From Nitrososphaeraceae archaeon (GTDB lineage: Archaea > Thermoproteota > Nitrososphaeria > Nitrososphaerales > Nitrososphaeraceae): 32,842 nt of DNA. Location of the stretch: the NCBI GenBank assembly GCA_035640315.1, contig DASQWJ010000007.1, positions 1-32,842 of the forward strand, in the 5' to 3' direction. Positions 16,392-25,583 of this stretch are shown piece by piece. The translations under genes were made by a program, and so were the position numbers. Numbering within the stretch: position 1 is the stretch's first letter; each line of letters starts with the position of its first letter. A model generated the notes under the pieces. It did not search any database. It had not been told where the DNA came from and saw nothing but the letters and a program-made list of their open reading frames with translations.

Positions 16392-16405
16392 ATTTTCAAT
16401 GCAAA

Positions 16406-16413
16406 TTTTTTTT
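16406..16413 (+). terminator. Putative oligo-T archaeal terminator
   Basis: T8 run 14 nt after the VOC gene stop. Confidence 0.45.
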
Positions 16414-16455
16414 GTGACGGTTATATGGTAACAAAATGTTGAACTATACTATATA

Positions 16456-16863
16456 TTGATCATAATAGACGATATACTACATAAAACAAAACTGGTCTAT
16501 ATGGAACATATAGTAATCAATTTTGCAGGTGACATATTGCTTGCTCAAGCTGTAAAAAACTATCTGGCTTCTCAGAAAGTAGTATCCACTATCTATACTG
16601 AACGTGAAACTGATGAGTTAAACATATCATTAGAAGAAAATAGTAAAAGGAATGGTTTGAAGACCATTAAGGAAATTCTGCGAAATTATTTGGATTCGCA
16701 TAATCTAACAAAACATCAAATCATCCAATTAGAAAATATTCTCACTGTCGGGATTCCGAAAAAAATTGAAGACATATCAAATCTTCTTATGTGTGAGATA
16801 TGTGGCTGGAGATTAAATACTGAGGAGGAATTGCTTGTCCATAGAAGAATCCATTGGATTTAG
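16456..16863 (+). CDS. Hypothetical protein with C-terminal C2H2 zinc finger
   Basis: CEICGWRLNTEEELLVHRRIH (C-x2-C-x12-H-x3-H); likely start is ATG 16501. Confidence 0.82.
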   Translation: MIIIDDILHKTKLVYMEHIVINFAGDILLAQAVKNYLASQKVVSTIYTERETDELNISLEENSKRNGLKTIKEILRNYLDSHNLTKHQIIQLENILTVGIPKKIEDISNLLMCEICGWRLNTEEELLVHRRIHWI

Positions 16864-16910
16864 ATTCACAAGAATAGTATTGACATATATTTAAAAGAAC
16901 CATAAACTGT

Positions 16911-18146
16911 TTGTTATGTATGAAAGTTTCATTAATTATTTTTTTAAGTATTGGCGTCTCTTGTTTTTTGTTGACAGAAATCTTTCTTTCGTATGAAGAT
17001 TTATTTTTTAATTCACTCGCTTCATTGCATGAAATGAATAATCTATTCTCAAAGGTAACAAAAGTACAGGAAATATTGTTACAAGTAGATGCAGAGACCG
17101 ATACTGATAATCATAACAATCGGAATCTTGTTACTTCGCCAGAAGGCTTTGCTGGAAACATCCCTGTAGGACTATGGACTCCTATCAATAGCAGTTATGT
17201 GCTTCAGCATCTTAATGGTGCAGAACAGAAAAAAGCAATCGACTTTTTGCTCAAAATGGGATATCAAGAGTACTATTATGTAATGAATAACTTTGAGGAT
17301 ACCACAGCTGTTAAAACTACAGATGAATTGTTAGATAATGCAAATAAAACCAATCTAAAGATAATAATCATTCTATTGCCTCCTTCAGAGGGAGGCATTA
17401 ATACTAGCTACAATTGGAAAGGCTGGATAAAATATTTCAATTCTCTTGAGAAGAAATATCCTAAATCATTTGAAGGTTTTACAATTGACGATTTCAACTG
17501 GATAAGCACTAGATCTAATACCAAGTTTAAAAATAATGTGGATTTCATGGAGGATACGGAGTTATCAGCTGAGCTCAAACACAAAAGCGAAAATGTAAAA
17601 TTTTACCCCACAGTGTATTTCGAAGGTACAAAAACTGGACTAGTTGTAAACAAATACAAGAATTTTATTGATGGTTTAGTAGTGGCAAGCGGTTGTTACT
17701 ATAATGTTTCTACTCTAGACAAGCAATTGCAAATATTCTCAGAAATTTTTAACAAGCCCATAAGATATGTAGTATATCCAACTATAACATACAACTATTC
17801 CAAACTTGATTACGAACCTCCTACAGATCGCCTAATAAAGGCTACTCTATCAATCGCGTCATACTCATCAGATGGCTTAGTTATTTGGCGAGACGCTGAT
17901 AATCCTGTTATACAGCAACATTTGGAAAATCGACATGATAAAGACTATCTTTCAGATATCTCAAGCTCTAAAGAATCTCAGATAGATGATGAAAATATCC
18001 ATCCTAAAAGTAAATCAACTGTCACAAAAGATAATCATAATACTTGTAGTAGTTGGACCAAAAAATATAATGATGCATATGATAAGTGGACTAAATTGCC
18101 TGAAGGTCGAGATAGTAATGACTGGGAAAGAAAAATACTAAATTAA
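16911..18146 (+). CDS. Membrane-anchored/exported hypothetical protein, possibly glycoside-hydrolase-like TIM barrel
   Basis: N-terminal hydrophobic helix and an alternating beta/alpha pattern with GFTIDDF, FYPTVYF and DGLVIW. The function is a guess. Likely start is ATG 16920. Confidence 0.7.
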   Translation: MLCMKVSLIIFLSIGVSCFLLTEIFLSYEDLFFNSLASLHEMNNLFSKVTKVQEILLQVDAETDTDNHNNRNLVTSPEGFAGNIPVGLWTPINSSYVLQHLNGAEQKKAIDFLLKMGYQEYYYVMNNFEDTTAVKTTDELLDNANKTNLKIIIILLPPSEGGINTSYNWKGWIKYFNSLEKKYPKSFEGFTIDDFNWISTRSNTKFKNNVDFMEDTELSAELKHKSENVKFYPTVYFEGTKTGLVVNKYKNFIDGLVVASGCYYNVSTLDKQLQIFSEIFNKPIRYVVYPTITYNYSKLDYEPPTDRLIKATLSIASYSSDGLVIWRDADNPVIQQHLENRHDKDYLSDISSSKESQIDDENIHPKSKSTVTKDNHNTCSSWTKKYNDAYDKWTKLPEGRDSNDWERKILN

Positions 18147-18227
18147 CAGACATTATGAGTGGTTAAATTACGAAACTCGAGTATATGCTTTTATGGTGCA
18201 CTATTCGTTGTTACATTGGGAATGTTG

Positions 18228-19415
18228 CTACTTTAAATACTCTAATGCCTTTCTCTCTCCTTGTCTAATCAATTCTTTTATAGTATCCAAAGAAAAGTCA
18301 GCGTTTTGTAGAGAATAAGGAGTTTCTGGATTGATTCTAGTGATCCTGTTTAATTTCAGAATTTTGGCGCCGTGTTTTTGAACAAGTGATGTATGTTCCT
18401 TAATAATATATTCAATCTTGTCTTTGTCAATTTTTGATTTTTCAGATTCCTGAAATACGTCGTATAATGCCTCAATTAAATTTACTTGTCTTGTTATGAG
18501 TCTAGACATTTTCTCAAGGCTTTGAGTCTTGTCACTAAACATGATATCTTTAGCCCTTGACATAACTTCGCTCATATTCGCTGGGAGCTTTTCTATTTTC
18601 TTTGGATAATTTTCCACAACGAAAATATTTTTGTTTTTACTTGGAGACGCTACCATTACCTCTCGTATTGGTGTATTACTTAACAGAGACCCATCCCAAG
18701 CAAATGTCCCATCGCTTACTTCCACCCATGGAAATCCATATTGTGGATAACCTATCGTAGCAAGTAGATGTTTCATTTCAATTGGTTTTTTATAACTATC
18801 AAAGATAAGCGGTTCCGCCGTAAGTACATCAACTGCAGTAATTATAAGGCGAGTACTGGAGTCCTTGTTACTACTACTAGTATTTGGATCATTTTGATGC
18901 ACTTTTGGTGAAAGTTTACTAAAATCAATATATTTTTCGATCGTATTTCTCACAGCTGAGTTGTCATATATGTAAGTCCATTTCCATGGTGGCTGAACAT
19001 ACTCCTTTAGTTGTGAGAGATTTGAATTCGGTGTGTTAAAATTAAACCACCTCGGAATGAAAAAATTAGGCACTCCAAAAATCGCAGCGTTTATAGACGC
19101 AGCAGGTGATCTCTTCAATCTGGTCTTATAATTTTTGTAATCAAAATCTAAAGTGAAAATGTCCGGTATTATGTTATAGCTTCCTTGCGCAAGCTCCAAC
19201 CAAAAATCTTCTAAATCCTTCTCAGGTCTATTAGTTCTACTTCCTGCAGCTATTGCCCCATTAATACCACCTATTGACGTTCCTGCTATTATGTCAAATT
19301 TTACATTTCTCTTTGCAAATGCTTTGAATACTCCACATGCAAAAGCGCCAAGGGATCCACCTCCCTGTAATATCAATACATTTTCAGTGCCCTTTTCATG
19401 TTTGTGATTGACCAT
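18228..19415 (-). CDS. Patatin-like phospholipase/esterase
   Basis: LQGGGSLG oxyanion motif, GTSIG nucleophile and WDGSLLSNTP catalytic Asp. The C-terminal ADFS...LIRQG resembles DUF3734-associated patatins. Confidence 0.92.
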   Translation of the reverse strand: MVNHKHEKGTENVLILQGGGSLGAFACGVFKAFAKRNVKFDIIAGTSIGGINGAIAAGSRTNRPEKDLEDFWLELAQGSYNIIPDIFTLDFDYKNYKTRLKRSPAASINAAIFGVPNFFIPRWFNFNTPNSNLSQLKEYVQPPWKWTYIYDNSAVRNTIEKYIDFSKLSPKVHQNDPNTSSSNKDSSTRLIITAVDVLTAEPLIFDSYKKPIEMKHLLATIGYPQYGFPWVEVSDGTFAWDGSLLSNTPIREVMVASPSKNKNIFVVENYPKKIEKLPANMSEVMSRAKDIMFSDKTQSLEKMSRLITRQVNLIEALYDVFQESEKSKIDKDKIEYIIKEHTSLVQKHGAKILKLNRITRINPETPYSLQNADFSLDTIKELIRQGERKALEYLK

Positions 19416-19634
19416 TACAATTAATCACTATACATTATAATACAAATAATCTTAACGTTTTCTTTCTGAAAAACCCTTAGGGATGTATTACCTGAACTCA
19501 CTTCGCAAACGAAATTATATTTCCAAAAGACAACAATCTTATTGGTTTGTTCAAGCTATGGTAACTTTACCTTCTGATAGCAAGACTTTGAACTTGCTTG
19601 TAATAACTATTAAAACAATGTTGCGCATCGAATT

Positions 19635-19922
19635 TTGATGAAGAAAGAACTCTATATGGGAACCATAGCCTTAATGCTGACATTTGTATTAATGTACGTG
19701 CCAATAGGACATGCTCAAAATATGACACCGGGAGGGATGAATATGATGGGAAACGCAACTTCAAGTACGAACCAGACTGCTTCTGAATTAGCAAAAAATG
19801 ATACATTAGAAAATCTTCTAAACAAAAGCGGAGAAGTCGGCAAAAAAATATTAGGTGGTGCGGCAGATGTCGTGAGCAATATTAGCGAAGAGGTCAAACA
19901 AGGCATAGGAACAAACAAATAA
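19635..19922 (+). CDS. Small secreted protein with Met-rich N-terminus
   Basis: Signal peptide ending GHA-Q, then NMTPGGMNMMGNATSSTNQT and an amphipathic tail. A T-rich tract follows the stop. Confidence 0.75.
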   Translation: MMKKELYMGTIALMLTFVLMYVPIGHAQNMTPGGMNMMGNATSSTNQTASELAKNDTLENLLNKSGEVGKKILGGAADVVSNISEEVKQGIGTNK

Positions 19923-20063
19923 TCTCTTTGTTTTTTGTTGACAGAATTCATTTTAACGAATGATTTTGAATGAAGTATCGAGATACTATTTCGTTAGAGC
20001 GTATATATTGATATGAATATTTTCAAATGTTATTGAGTATAGGAAATTAGGTAGAAAAGCATT

Positions 20064-21140
20064 TTGAGAACTTCTAAAGACAACCTTTCAAAAAATAAAA
20101 ATTTAGCAAAGGAATTGAACAAAATTAACACCAATGAAATGATATTACTTCTGAATCCAAATTCCCAAGGAGGAAACACAGGAAAAAATTGGATCTTGAC
20201 TTATAGTAAAGTTAAGGAATTTCTACCAACCAACCATAGAATTATTTTTACAAAGAAAACCAATGATGGTATACATGTTACACGTAAGTTACTACGTAAA
20301 GGTTATGAAAACATTGTTGCCATTGGGGGAGATGGTACAATTAATGAAATTGCAAATGGATTCTTTATTATTCAATCACAAAACAGAAATTCCGGTAATC
20401 TTGAAAAATTTATTTTCGATAACAGACTTAAATTAGCAAACTCGAATGGCGTTATATATATTATCCCGTCAGGAAGTCGCAATGTATTAGCAAGGTCTCT
20501 TGGTCTAAAACATCAAGGAGTCCAAGCATTGAAACGTATTAAACAGATGAAAAGGCGTAAGATGGATGCAATATTGGCTATTATAACGGACAAAGATTCG
20601 TCTTTAACCCATAACAGAATAATATTAAATGCTGCTGAAATTGGTGTTGGAGCTGAAATTATAGATAGATCTAAGAGAGTAAGAAGAAAAATAAAAAGTC
20701 GTTTTGTATCAACCATGACAAGTATTGTTGCAACACTGCCAGCATACAATAGCAACAAATGTGATATTGTAATTGATGGACATAAGAAGATCTCATCTAA
20801 GATGACTATGGGAATTGTTGCAAATGGCCGCTTTCTTGGAGGAGGTTTCAAAGCGGCGCCTAGAGCAAAGTTTTCCGATGGTTTGCTGGATATTATAATA
20901 TTAAAAAATTCTGGAAGTATTAAGATGCTTGATAAACTAATCGAATTAAAGGGTGGAAGTACTTATAAATTTGAAGACGATATACTCTATTACCAAGCCT
21001 CTGAAGTTAGATTCTTTCCAAAAGAGCGAGATGTTACTGTTACGGTAGACGGTGAACCAATCGGAATGCTTCCAGCTATTTTCAAAAGTTATCATGATGC
21101 CTTGACAATAAAAAGTGAGCCTTTCTCATCCAAGATATAG
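20064..21140 (+). CDS. Diacylglycerol/lipid kinase family protein (YegS/DgkB-like)
   Basis: LNPNSQGG, GGDGTINE, IPSGSRN, NGRFLGGG, DGLLD and VDGE. Confidence 0.92.
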   Translation: MRTSKDNLSKNKNLAKELNKINTNEMILLLNPNSQGGNTGKNWILTYSKVKEFLPTNHRIIFTKKTNDGIHVTRKLLRKGYENIVAIGGDGTINEIANGFFIIQSQNRNSGNLEKFIFDNRLKLANSNGVIYIIPSGSRNVLARSLGLKHQGVQALKRIKQMKRRKMDAILAIITDKDSSLTHNRIILNAAEIGVGAEIIDRSKRVRRKIKSRFVSTMTSIVATLPAYNSNKCDIVIDGHKKISSKMTMGIVANGRFLGGGFKAAPRAKFSDGLLDIIILKNSGSIKMLDKLIELKGGSTYKFEDDILYYQASEVRFFPKERDVTVTVDGEPIGMLPAIFKSYHDALTIKSEPFSSKI

Positions 21141-21213
21141 AGAATTTTGATATAACATAATAACGGAATTATTTACTTTAAAGAATAATCTCGATCTTAA
21201 TTGTCGTAGTATA

Positions 21214-21411
21214 TCACACTACGGACATAATATTGGAATAATCTTTACATATTTTTTGAAAATCTTCTGGCAATTTTTTTCGTTCATCCTCATTTTTTTG
21301 CATTTCGGAATGCTCCTCTGGAATATCTGAGGGTTCTTCTCCAAATTGTCCACTCGTAGCATCGTTTAACGCATGGTCGCGCTTAAACGGTTTCTTTTTC
21401 TCAGTGCTCAT
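21214..21411 (-). CDS. Small hypothetical protein
   Basis: 65 aa from ATG 21411 (MSTEKKKPFKRDHALND...). The longer tracked ORF overlaps the upstream gene. Confidence 0.55.
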   Translation of the reverse strand: MSTEKKKPFKRDHALNDATSGQFGEEPSDIPEEHSEMQKNEDERKKLPEDFQKICKDYSNIMSVV

Positions 21412-21463
21412 AAATTCTAATTTATTATGGGGTATTATTGTATTAATGGCTTGCCAAGAATAA

Positions 21464-22129
21464 CTATTGAAGTCTAACACTTACCTCTAGTGCATCTTTT
21501 ACATTCTTGGTAAACTCCATGCTTGTCTGTGTAGTGTGACTAAGATATTTACCAGAGCCTCTTACATAATCCAGATAATCTTTCATCTCATCCTCAAACA
21601 ATATTACATTGTCGGCAACTATTACCGCTCTCTTTTCAAGCAAACCATACTCTTCAACAAGCTGAAGATATTTTAGATATTCGTTCTTTGCAGCATCTAA
21701 GAAGATCATACCAAATTTTACTTCTAGGTTTGGAATGACTTTTTTTGCATCCCCATTTATTACTTGAATTAGATTAGATAATCCTGAATTTTTAATATTC
21801 TTTCTAGATATGATAGCAAGTTTTTCATCCTTTTCGACACTGATGACAATAGGTCCACTATACTTAGTAAGAGTATCAAAATTCTTGTTTTCCCATAGGT
21901 AATCTGACATAGCATTAGCAATCAAAATTGCCGAATATCCATGCAATGTTCCAATTTCTAGCACCTTCTTTGGTTTATGTTCTGCTATTACACTTGCCAC
22001 AATATTTCCCTTGATAGGGCCTATTGAAGGAAGAGAATCGAATCTTGCCGTTTCTTCAATTTCTGCAAGTACCTTCAATACAATATTGCCTTCTTCATTT
22101 CGTTTATTTTGACGTCTCAATCTAAACAT
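21464..22129 (-). CDS. SAM-dependent O-methyltransferase (CCoAOMT/YrrM-like)
   Basis: VLEIGTLHGYS, GDA, IFLDAAK and VADNV. Confidence 0.92.
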   Translation of the reverse strand: MFRLRRQNKRNEEGNIVLKVLAEIEETARFDSLPSIGPIKGNIVASVIAEHKPKKVLEIGTLHGYSAILIANAMSDYLWENKNFDTLTKYSGPIVISVEKDEKLAIISRKNIKNSGLSNLIQVINGDAKKVIPNLEVKFGMIFLDAAKNEYLKYLQLVEEYGLLEKRAVIVADNVILFEDEMKDYLDYVRGSGKYLSHTTQTSMEFTKNVKDALEVSVRLQ

Positions 22130-22271
22130 TATTCCTCATTTTAATATAAGAAAATTTCGAATTATTTCCCATTGACAAAACATCCTTCATTTAAATCTTG
22201 AGTCTTAGAATACTACTATCGGTAGATTTTCATTGGGAACAGTTATTAAAAATGATATTAATATTTTGAAT

Positions 22272-22687
22272 ATGAGCGAACTATTAAGCGTGAAATTAAG
22301 TGATCCTCATATTAAGAAAGTTTTTGAAAGAAAGAATTTTGCTTTTCTGTCTTCGTTAATGAAAGATGGTTCTCCACATGTTATAGCTACATGGGTTGAT
22401 ATTGAAGATGATAACATACTAATCAATACTGCAGTAGGTAGAATAAAACAAGAAAATATTTTGAGAGATCCTAGAATTGCATTATCAATTTTAGTCAAGA
22501 TAATCAATATGATATGGTTACTGTCAGAGGTAAGGTGATTGAGCAAATTAATGGAGATTTGGCAGAAAAACATATTGATAAACTGGCACGAAAATATATC
22601 AACAGGGACAAGTATCCAAGAAGTTCAAGAGGCGAACAGAGAGTCATATTAAAGATAAAACCGCAAAAAATATTTCATATGAAATAG
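22272..22687 (+). pseudogene. PPOX-class F420-dependent oxidoreductase, single frameshift
   Basis: The 5' part has DGSPHV..W, INTAVGRIK..N..RDPRIALSI. After the T4 run at 22489-22492 the -1 frame continues SQDNQYDMVTVRGKV...HIDKLARKY...EQRVILKIKP to TAG 22687, which completes the family pattern. Confidence 0.88.
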
Positions 22688-22756
22688 TGCTGTTAACTCA
22701 AATCGTTTTATGCTCTAGACTGAAATCGTTATATTCTATATTGAATAGTGTATATC

Positions 22757-22855
22757 ATGTCATCAGATGATCAAGAAAAATGTGCTGCATGTGGAATGAC
22801 ATTCAATACCCAGGAAGAATTAAAAGAACACATGCTAGAATTACATCGAGAATAA
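22757..22855 (+). CDS. 32-aa C2H2 zinc-finger microprotein
   Basis: Below the ORF-track cutoff. MSSDDQEKCAACGMTFNTQEELKEHMLELHRE fits C-x2-C-x3-F-x5-L-x2-H-x4-H. TTATAT lies about 25 nt upstream and a 10-bp hairpin (22848-22871) covers the stop. Confidence 0.85.
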   Translation: MSSDDQEKCAACGMTFNTQEELKEHMLELHRE

Positions 22856-22952
22856 TTACAAAATTATTCTCTCATGTATGATTTTCGCAGATTTAGAAAA
22901 AATAGGCTAACTTCAATTGAGATAGTAAAATCGAATTGTAACTTGTTGTAAT

Positions 22953-23192
22953 TTAAATTGTGAGTTTGTAAATGGGCGGAGATATTTTTTCTTCCATGGT
23001 GCTTAGAAACTGATCTATGCAATCGTGACTAATTATCGATGGAATTGTCACCCTAAGCTCTGATGGTACCAAATAATTAATATGTTTCAAAAGCTGACAT
23101 CTCTTACCAATTTCTTTTTCTTCTCGGCACATATTTATCAAATTGATAAATTGTTTACTATTTTTTAGCAATATACTATTATAATCATGCAC
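22953..23192 (-). CDS. Hypothetical protein
   Basis: 79-aa ORF with GTG start in an otherwise empty interval; no recognised motif. Confidence 0.6.
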   Translation of the reverse strand: MHDYNSILLKNSKQFINLINMCREEKEIGKRCQLLKHINYLVPSELRVTIPSIISHDCIDQFLSTMEEKISPPIYKLTI

Positions 23193-23363
23193 GCTTATGA
23201 GCTTTAGTTACCATTATTTTCTAATATTGTTCTATATCAAAAAGAGTGGAAATTTTTAGATAATTGTAATACTAAAAAAATTTGCTTCTCTCCTTAAAGT
23301 TGGTCTGGTTTGTAATATCAGATATTTTGCGCTATAATATTTTTCTTTGAAAATCGCAACAAG

Positions 23364-23828
23364 TTACCTTACTACCATTACAGGACACGAAGAATGATTA
23401 ACTACACCTTCTGCCACACTTCCGAGTAACAATCTCTTAAATCCAGTTCTCCCCCTGGTTCCCAATATAATCAGATCCATTTTCTCCTTATCTGCAAATC
23501 CTACTATTTCACCAACTATTGATGACACCGATACGATGATCTTGTCTGTCACAGGAATCTTGGTGTTCACAAGTTTGTTTCTTATTTCATCAAACCATTT
23601 TTGTACATCTTTCTTTTGAGTCTCCAGTACATCCTCTATGGCTTTTGGGGTTGTAACACCTACTAAATTTGAATAAGCAAATCCCAATTCCGAATACAAT
23701 ACATATAATATTGTTAATTCGGCATCATATTTTTTGGCGAAACTAACTGCATATTCGGCAGCTTTCATGGAATTTTCTGAACCATCAATTGTAACTAATA
23801 TTTTTCTGATATTCAATGACAAATGCAA
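23364..23828 (-). CDS. uspA: Universal stress protein
   Basis: ILVTIDGSENS and DLIILGTRGRTGFKRLLLGSVAEGVV (ATP-binding G-x2-G-x9-GS). Confidence 0.95.
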   Translation of the reverse strand: MHLSLNIRKILVTIDGSENSMKAAEYAVSFAKKYDAELTILYVLYSELGFAYSNLVGVTTPKAIEDVLETQKKDVQKWFDEIRNKLVNTKIPVTDKIIVSVSSIVGEIVGFADKEKMDLIILGTRGRTGFKRLLLGSVAEGVVNHSSCPVMVVR

Positions 23829-24348
23829 AACCCCTTTAATTGATACTCCTTGAAGGAAAAAATTGCATGAAAGTAATAGGAAAGCAATACCAATATGAAG
23901 ATTTTGTTGTAAGTTGGTCTACTTTTTGATTTTCATAAATTTTGATACAACATCTCAATTGGATCAAACTTTGAAAAGATAGTTACCATCAAGATGATGG
24001 AAAAAAATCAAGCATTTCTACATAAGTGGATCAAATTTGAACTTCCACTATCGCGTTCAAGGGCACGATGACTGAATTCTCTTGTGTATCTAGAGTCAAA
24101 TTGGGATTCATTGGATCAGACATAAATGCAATGATGACGTTTATTTATTATGGACTGCGATTTTTGCAGAAAAGAGGCTGAAAAGTACAAATCATTTTAT
24201 TCTCCGTCTGGAACGGACCCACGTGAATATCATATATGTATGAACTGTTTGAAAATCTGGCTAAATGAGATTAAATAGTAAAAATCGCAAATAATGATTG
24301 TCCATATCAAAATACCATTTAGTCTAGATAATGAATAATATGAAAGAA

Positions 24349-24738
24349 CTAATGATGAGAATAATTCAATAGTCTATTACGTCCAACAATTCTGAACTTG
24401 TATTGCTGTCCATACATATTAGTATAAAATTGAGCGTAGCTTTTCGCGGCAGTAAATGTAGTAAAATTGGTTCTTAATCCATCAACAGCTGCTCTATTAC
24501 CGTATACATCCTCGATTTCGATAACGTAGTATTTTGGAAGTTTCTTTAGCTGCTTCATTGTCATGTATATTATTATCAGGAAAAATGCTACTACAGTGAG
24601 AACCATAAGAACATGTTCGAAACTTTTTACAAATTCCAAGACATTGTTTATAACATACTCTTCGATCCACTTTGAGGAGAAAGATAATAATCTAAGAACG
24701 ATTACTCCAACATAATCAATCACTCCATCCACCCCCAA
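24349..24738 (-). CDS. Small single-pass membrane hypothetical protein
   Basis: Hydrophobic LTVVAFFLIIIYM followed by a compact soluble domain; the start may be ATG 24606. Confidence 0.65.
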   Translation of the reverse strand: MGVDGVIDYVGVIVLRLLSFSSKWIEEYVINNVLEFVKSFEHVLMVLTVVAFFLIIIYMTMKQLKKLPKYYVIEIEDVYGNRAAVDGLRTNFTTFTAAKSYAQFYTNMYGQQYKFRIVGRNRLLNYSHH

Positions 24739-24994
24739 GCGGCGTCAATCGTCATAAAATGATATTTCTCTTAGATCTTTAAAAGAATATCTATAGAATT
24801 GAAGTGGGATTTAACAATTTATTGAATTCCATCGATATTCATGCTCACAGTATTGGAATCATGTTATTGAATTTCTATTTGGAGTATCAATTTGACAACT
24901 TTAAATATCTATGGTGCTATCCTATTTGCAATTTGATTGATTTAAGAGAAAAAATTAAGTAGAATATTGATTTTGATTCAATATTGTTACTTTT

Positions 24995-25432
24995 TTATTC
25001 GGAGCCATTTACCAGATCAATTGCTTCAGCTAGCTTGGCATCTGTAGCATTAATATGCATATCCAGATCCGATTGACCAGCTTTGTCTTTGATCAACTGA
25101 CGTAAGTCTTCTCGCATCATGTGTTCAAGATTCTCCATGAAACTATGTGATCCTTTTTCTTCCAGTACCTCTTCTACATGTTCGAAATTATCCAGATACG
25201 CCGCATCTGCTAGCTCTTCGGCTCCCGTAAAGTTGCCGTTCTTATACTCAACTGATGTTAGATTCAGTAGGTTTCTGGCAGTTTCTAAATAGTTGACAAA
25301 TTTGTTCGATTCTTCGTCACCTTGAGCTGTCTCATTTTGTCCAAACCCATACCTAAGATCAGAATATAATGCTGGCGCCAAAATGGCAGCTATCAATATG
25401 GTCCATCGTACATTCACATTGATTTTTTTCAT
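24995..25432 (-). CDS. Exported acidic helical protein resembling the extracellular domain of archaeal FTR1-type iron permeases
   Basis: Signal peptide, then AEELADAAYLDNFEHVE and LEHMMREDLRQLI. The resemblance is from recall and was not searched. Confidence 0.65.
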   Translation of the reverse strand: MKKINVNVRWTILIAAILAPALYSDLRYGFGQNETAQGDEESNKFVNYLETARNLLNLTSVEYKNGNFTGAEELADAAYLDNFEHVEEVLEEKGSHSFMENLEHMMREDLRQLIKDKAGQSDLDMHINATDAKLAEAIDLVNGSE

Positions 25433-25583
25433 TTGTTAGGTCCCCCTAATTACATTTTATGAGCTATTTAAACAATCTTGAAAAAATTTCCTGCAATGAA
25501 TCGAGATAACTCAACAATATTTTGGTCTTAGAAAATTCTAATACTTTTTATTTGTCAAATCAAAAAAAGAATAGTAAGGAAAA

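Noticed and set aside
6186-19415. Cyclase plus patatin plus phosphoesterase as a Pycsar/CBASS-like defence system
   Set aside because: The genes are 6-11 kb apart with unrelated genes between them. The cyclase is fused to REC and paired with a kinase, and no cNMP-binding TM/TIR effector or CD-NTase is present.
14696-22573. ORFs 14696-14953, 15229-15522, 19567-19806, 19715-19951, 20513-20851, 22307-22573
   Set aside because: Antisense shadows of better-supported genes.
24031-24123. 30-aa minus-strand ORF MSDPMNPNLTLDTQENSVIVPLNAIVEVQI
   Set aside because: Too short, with no motif or other support.
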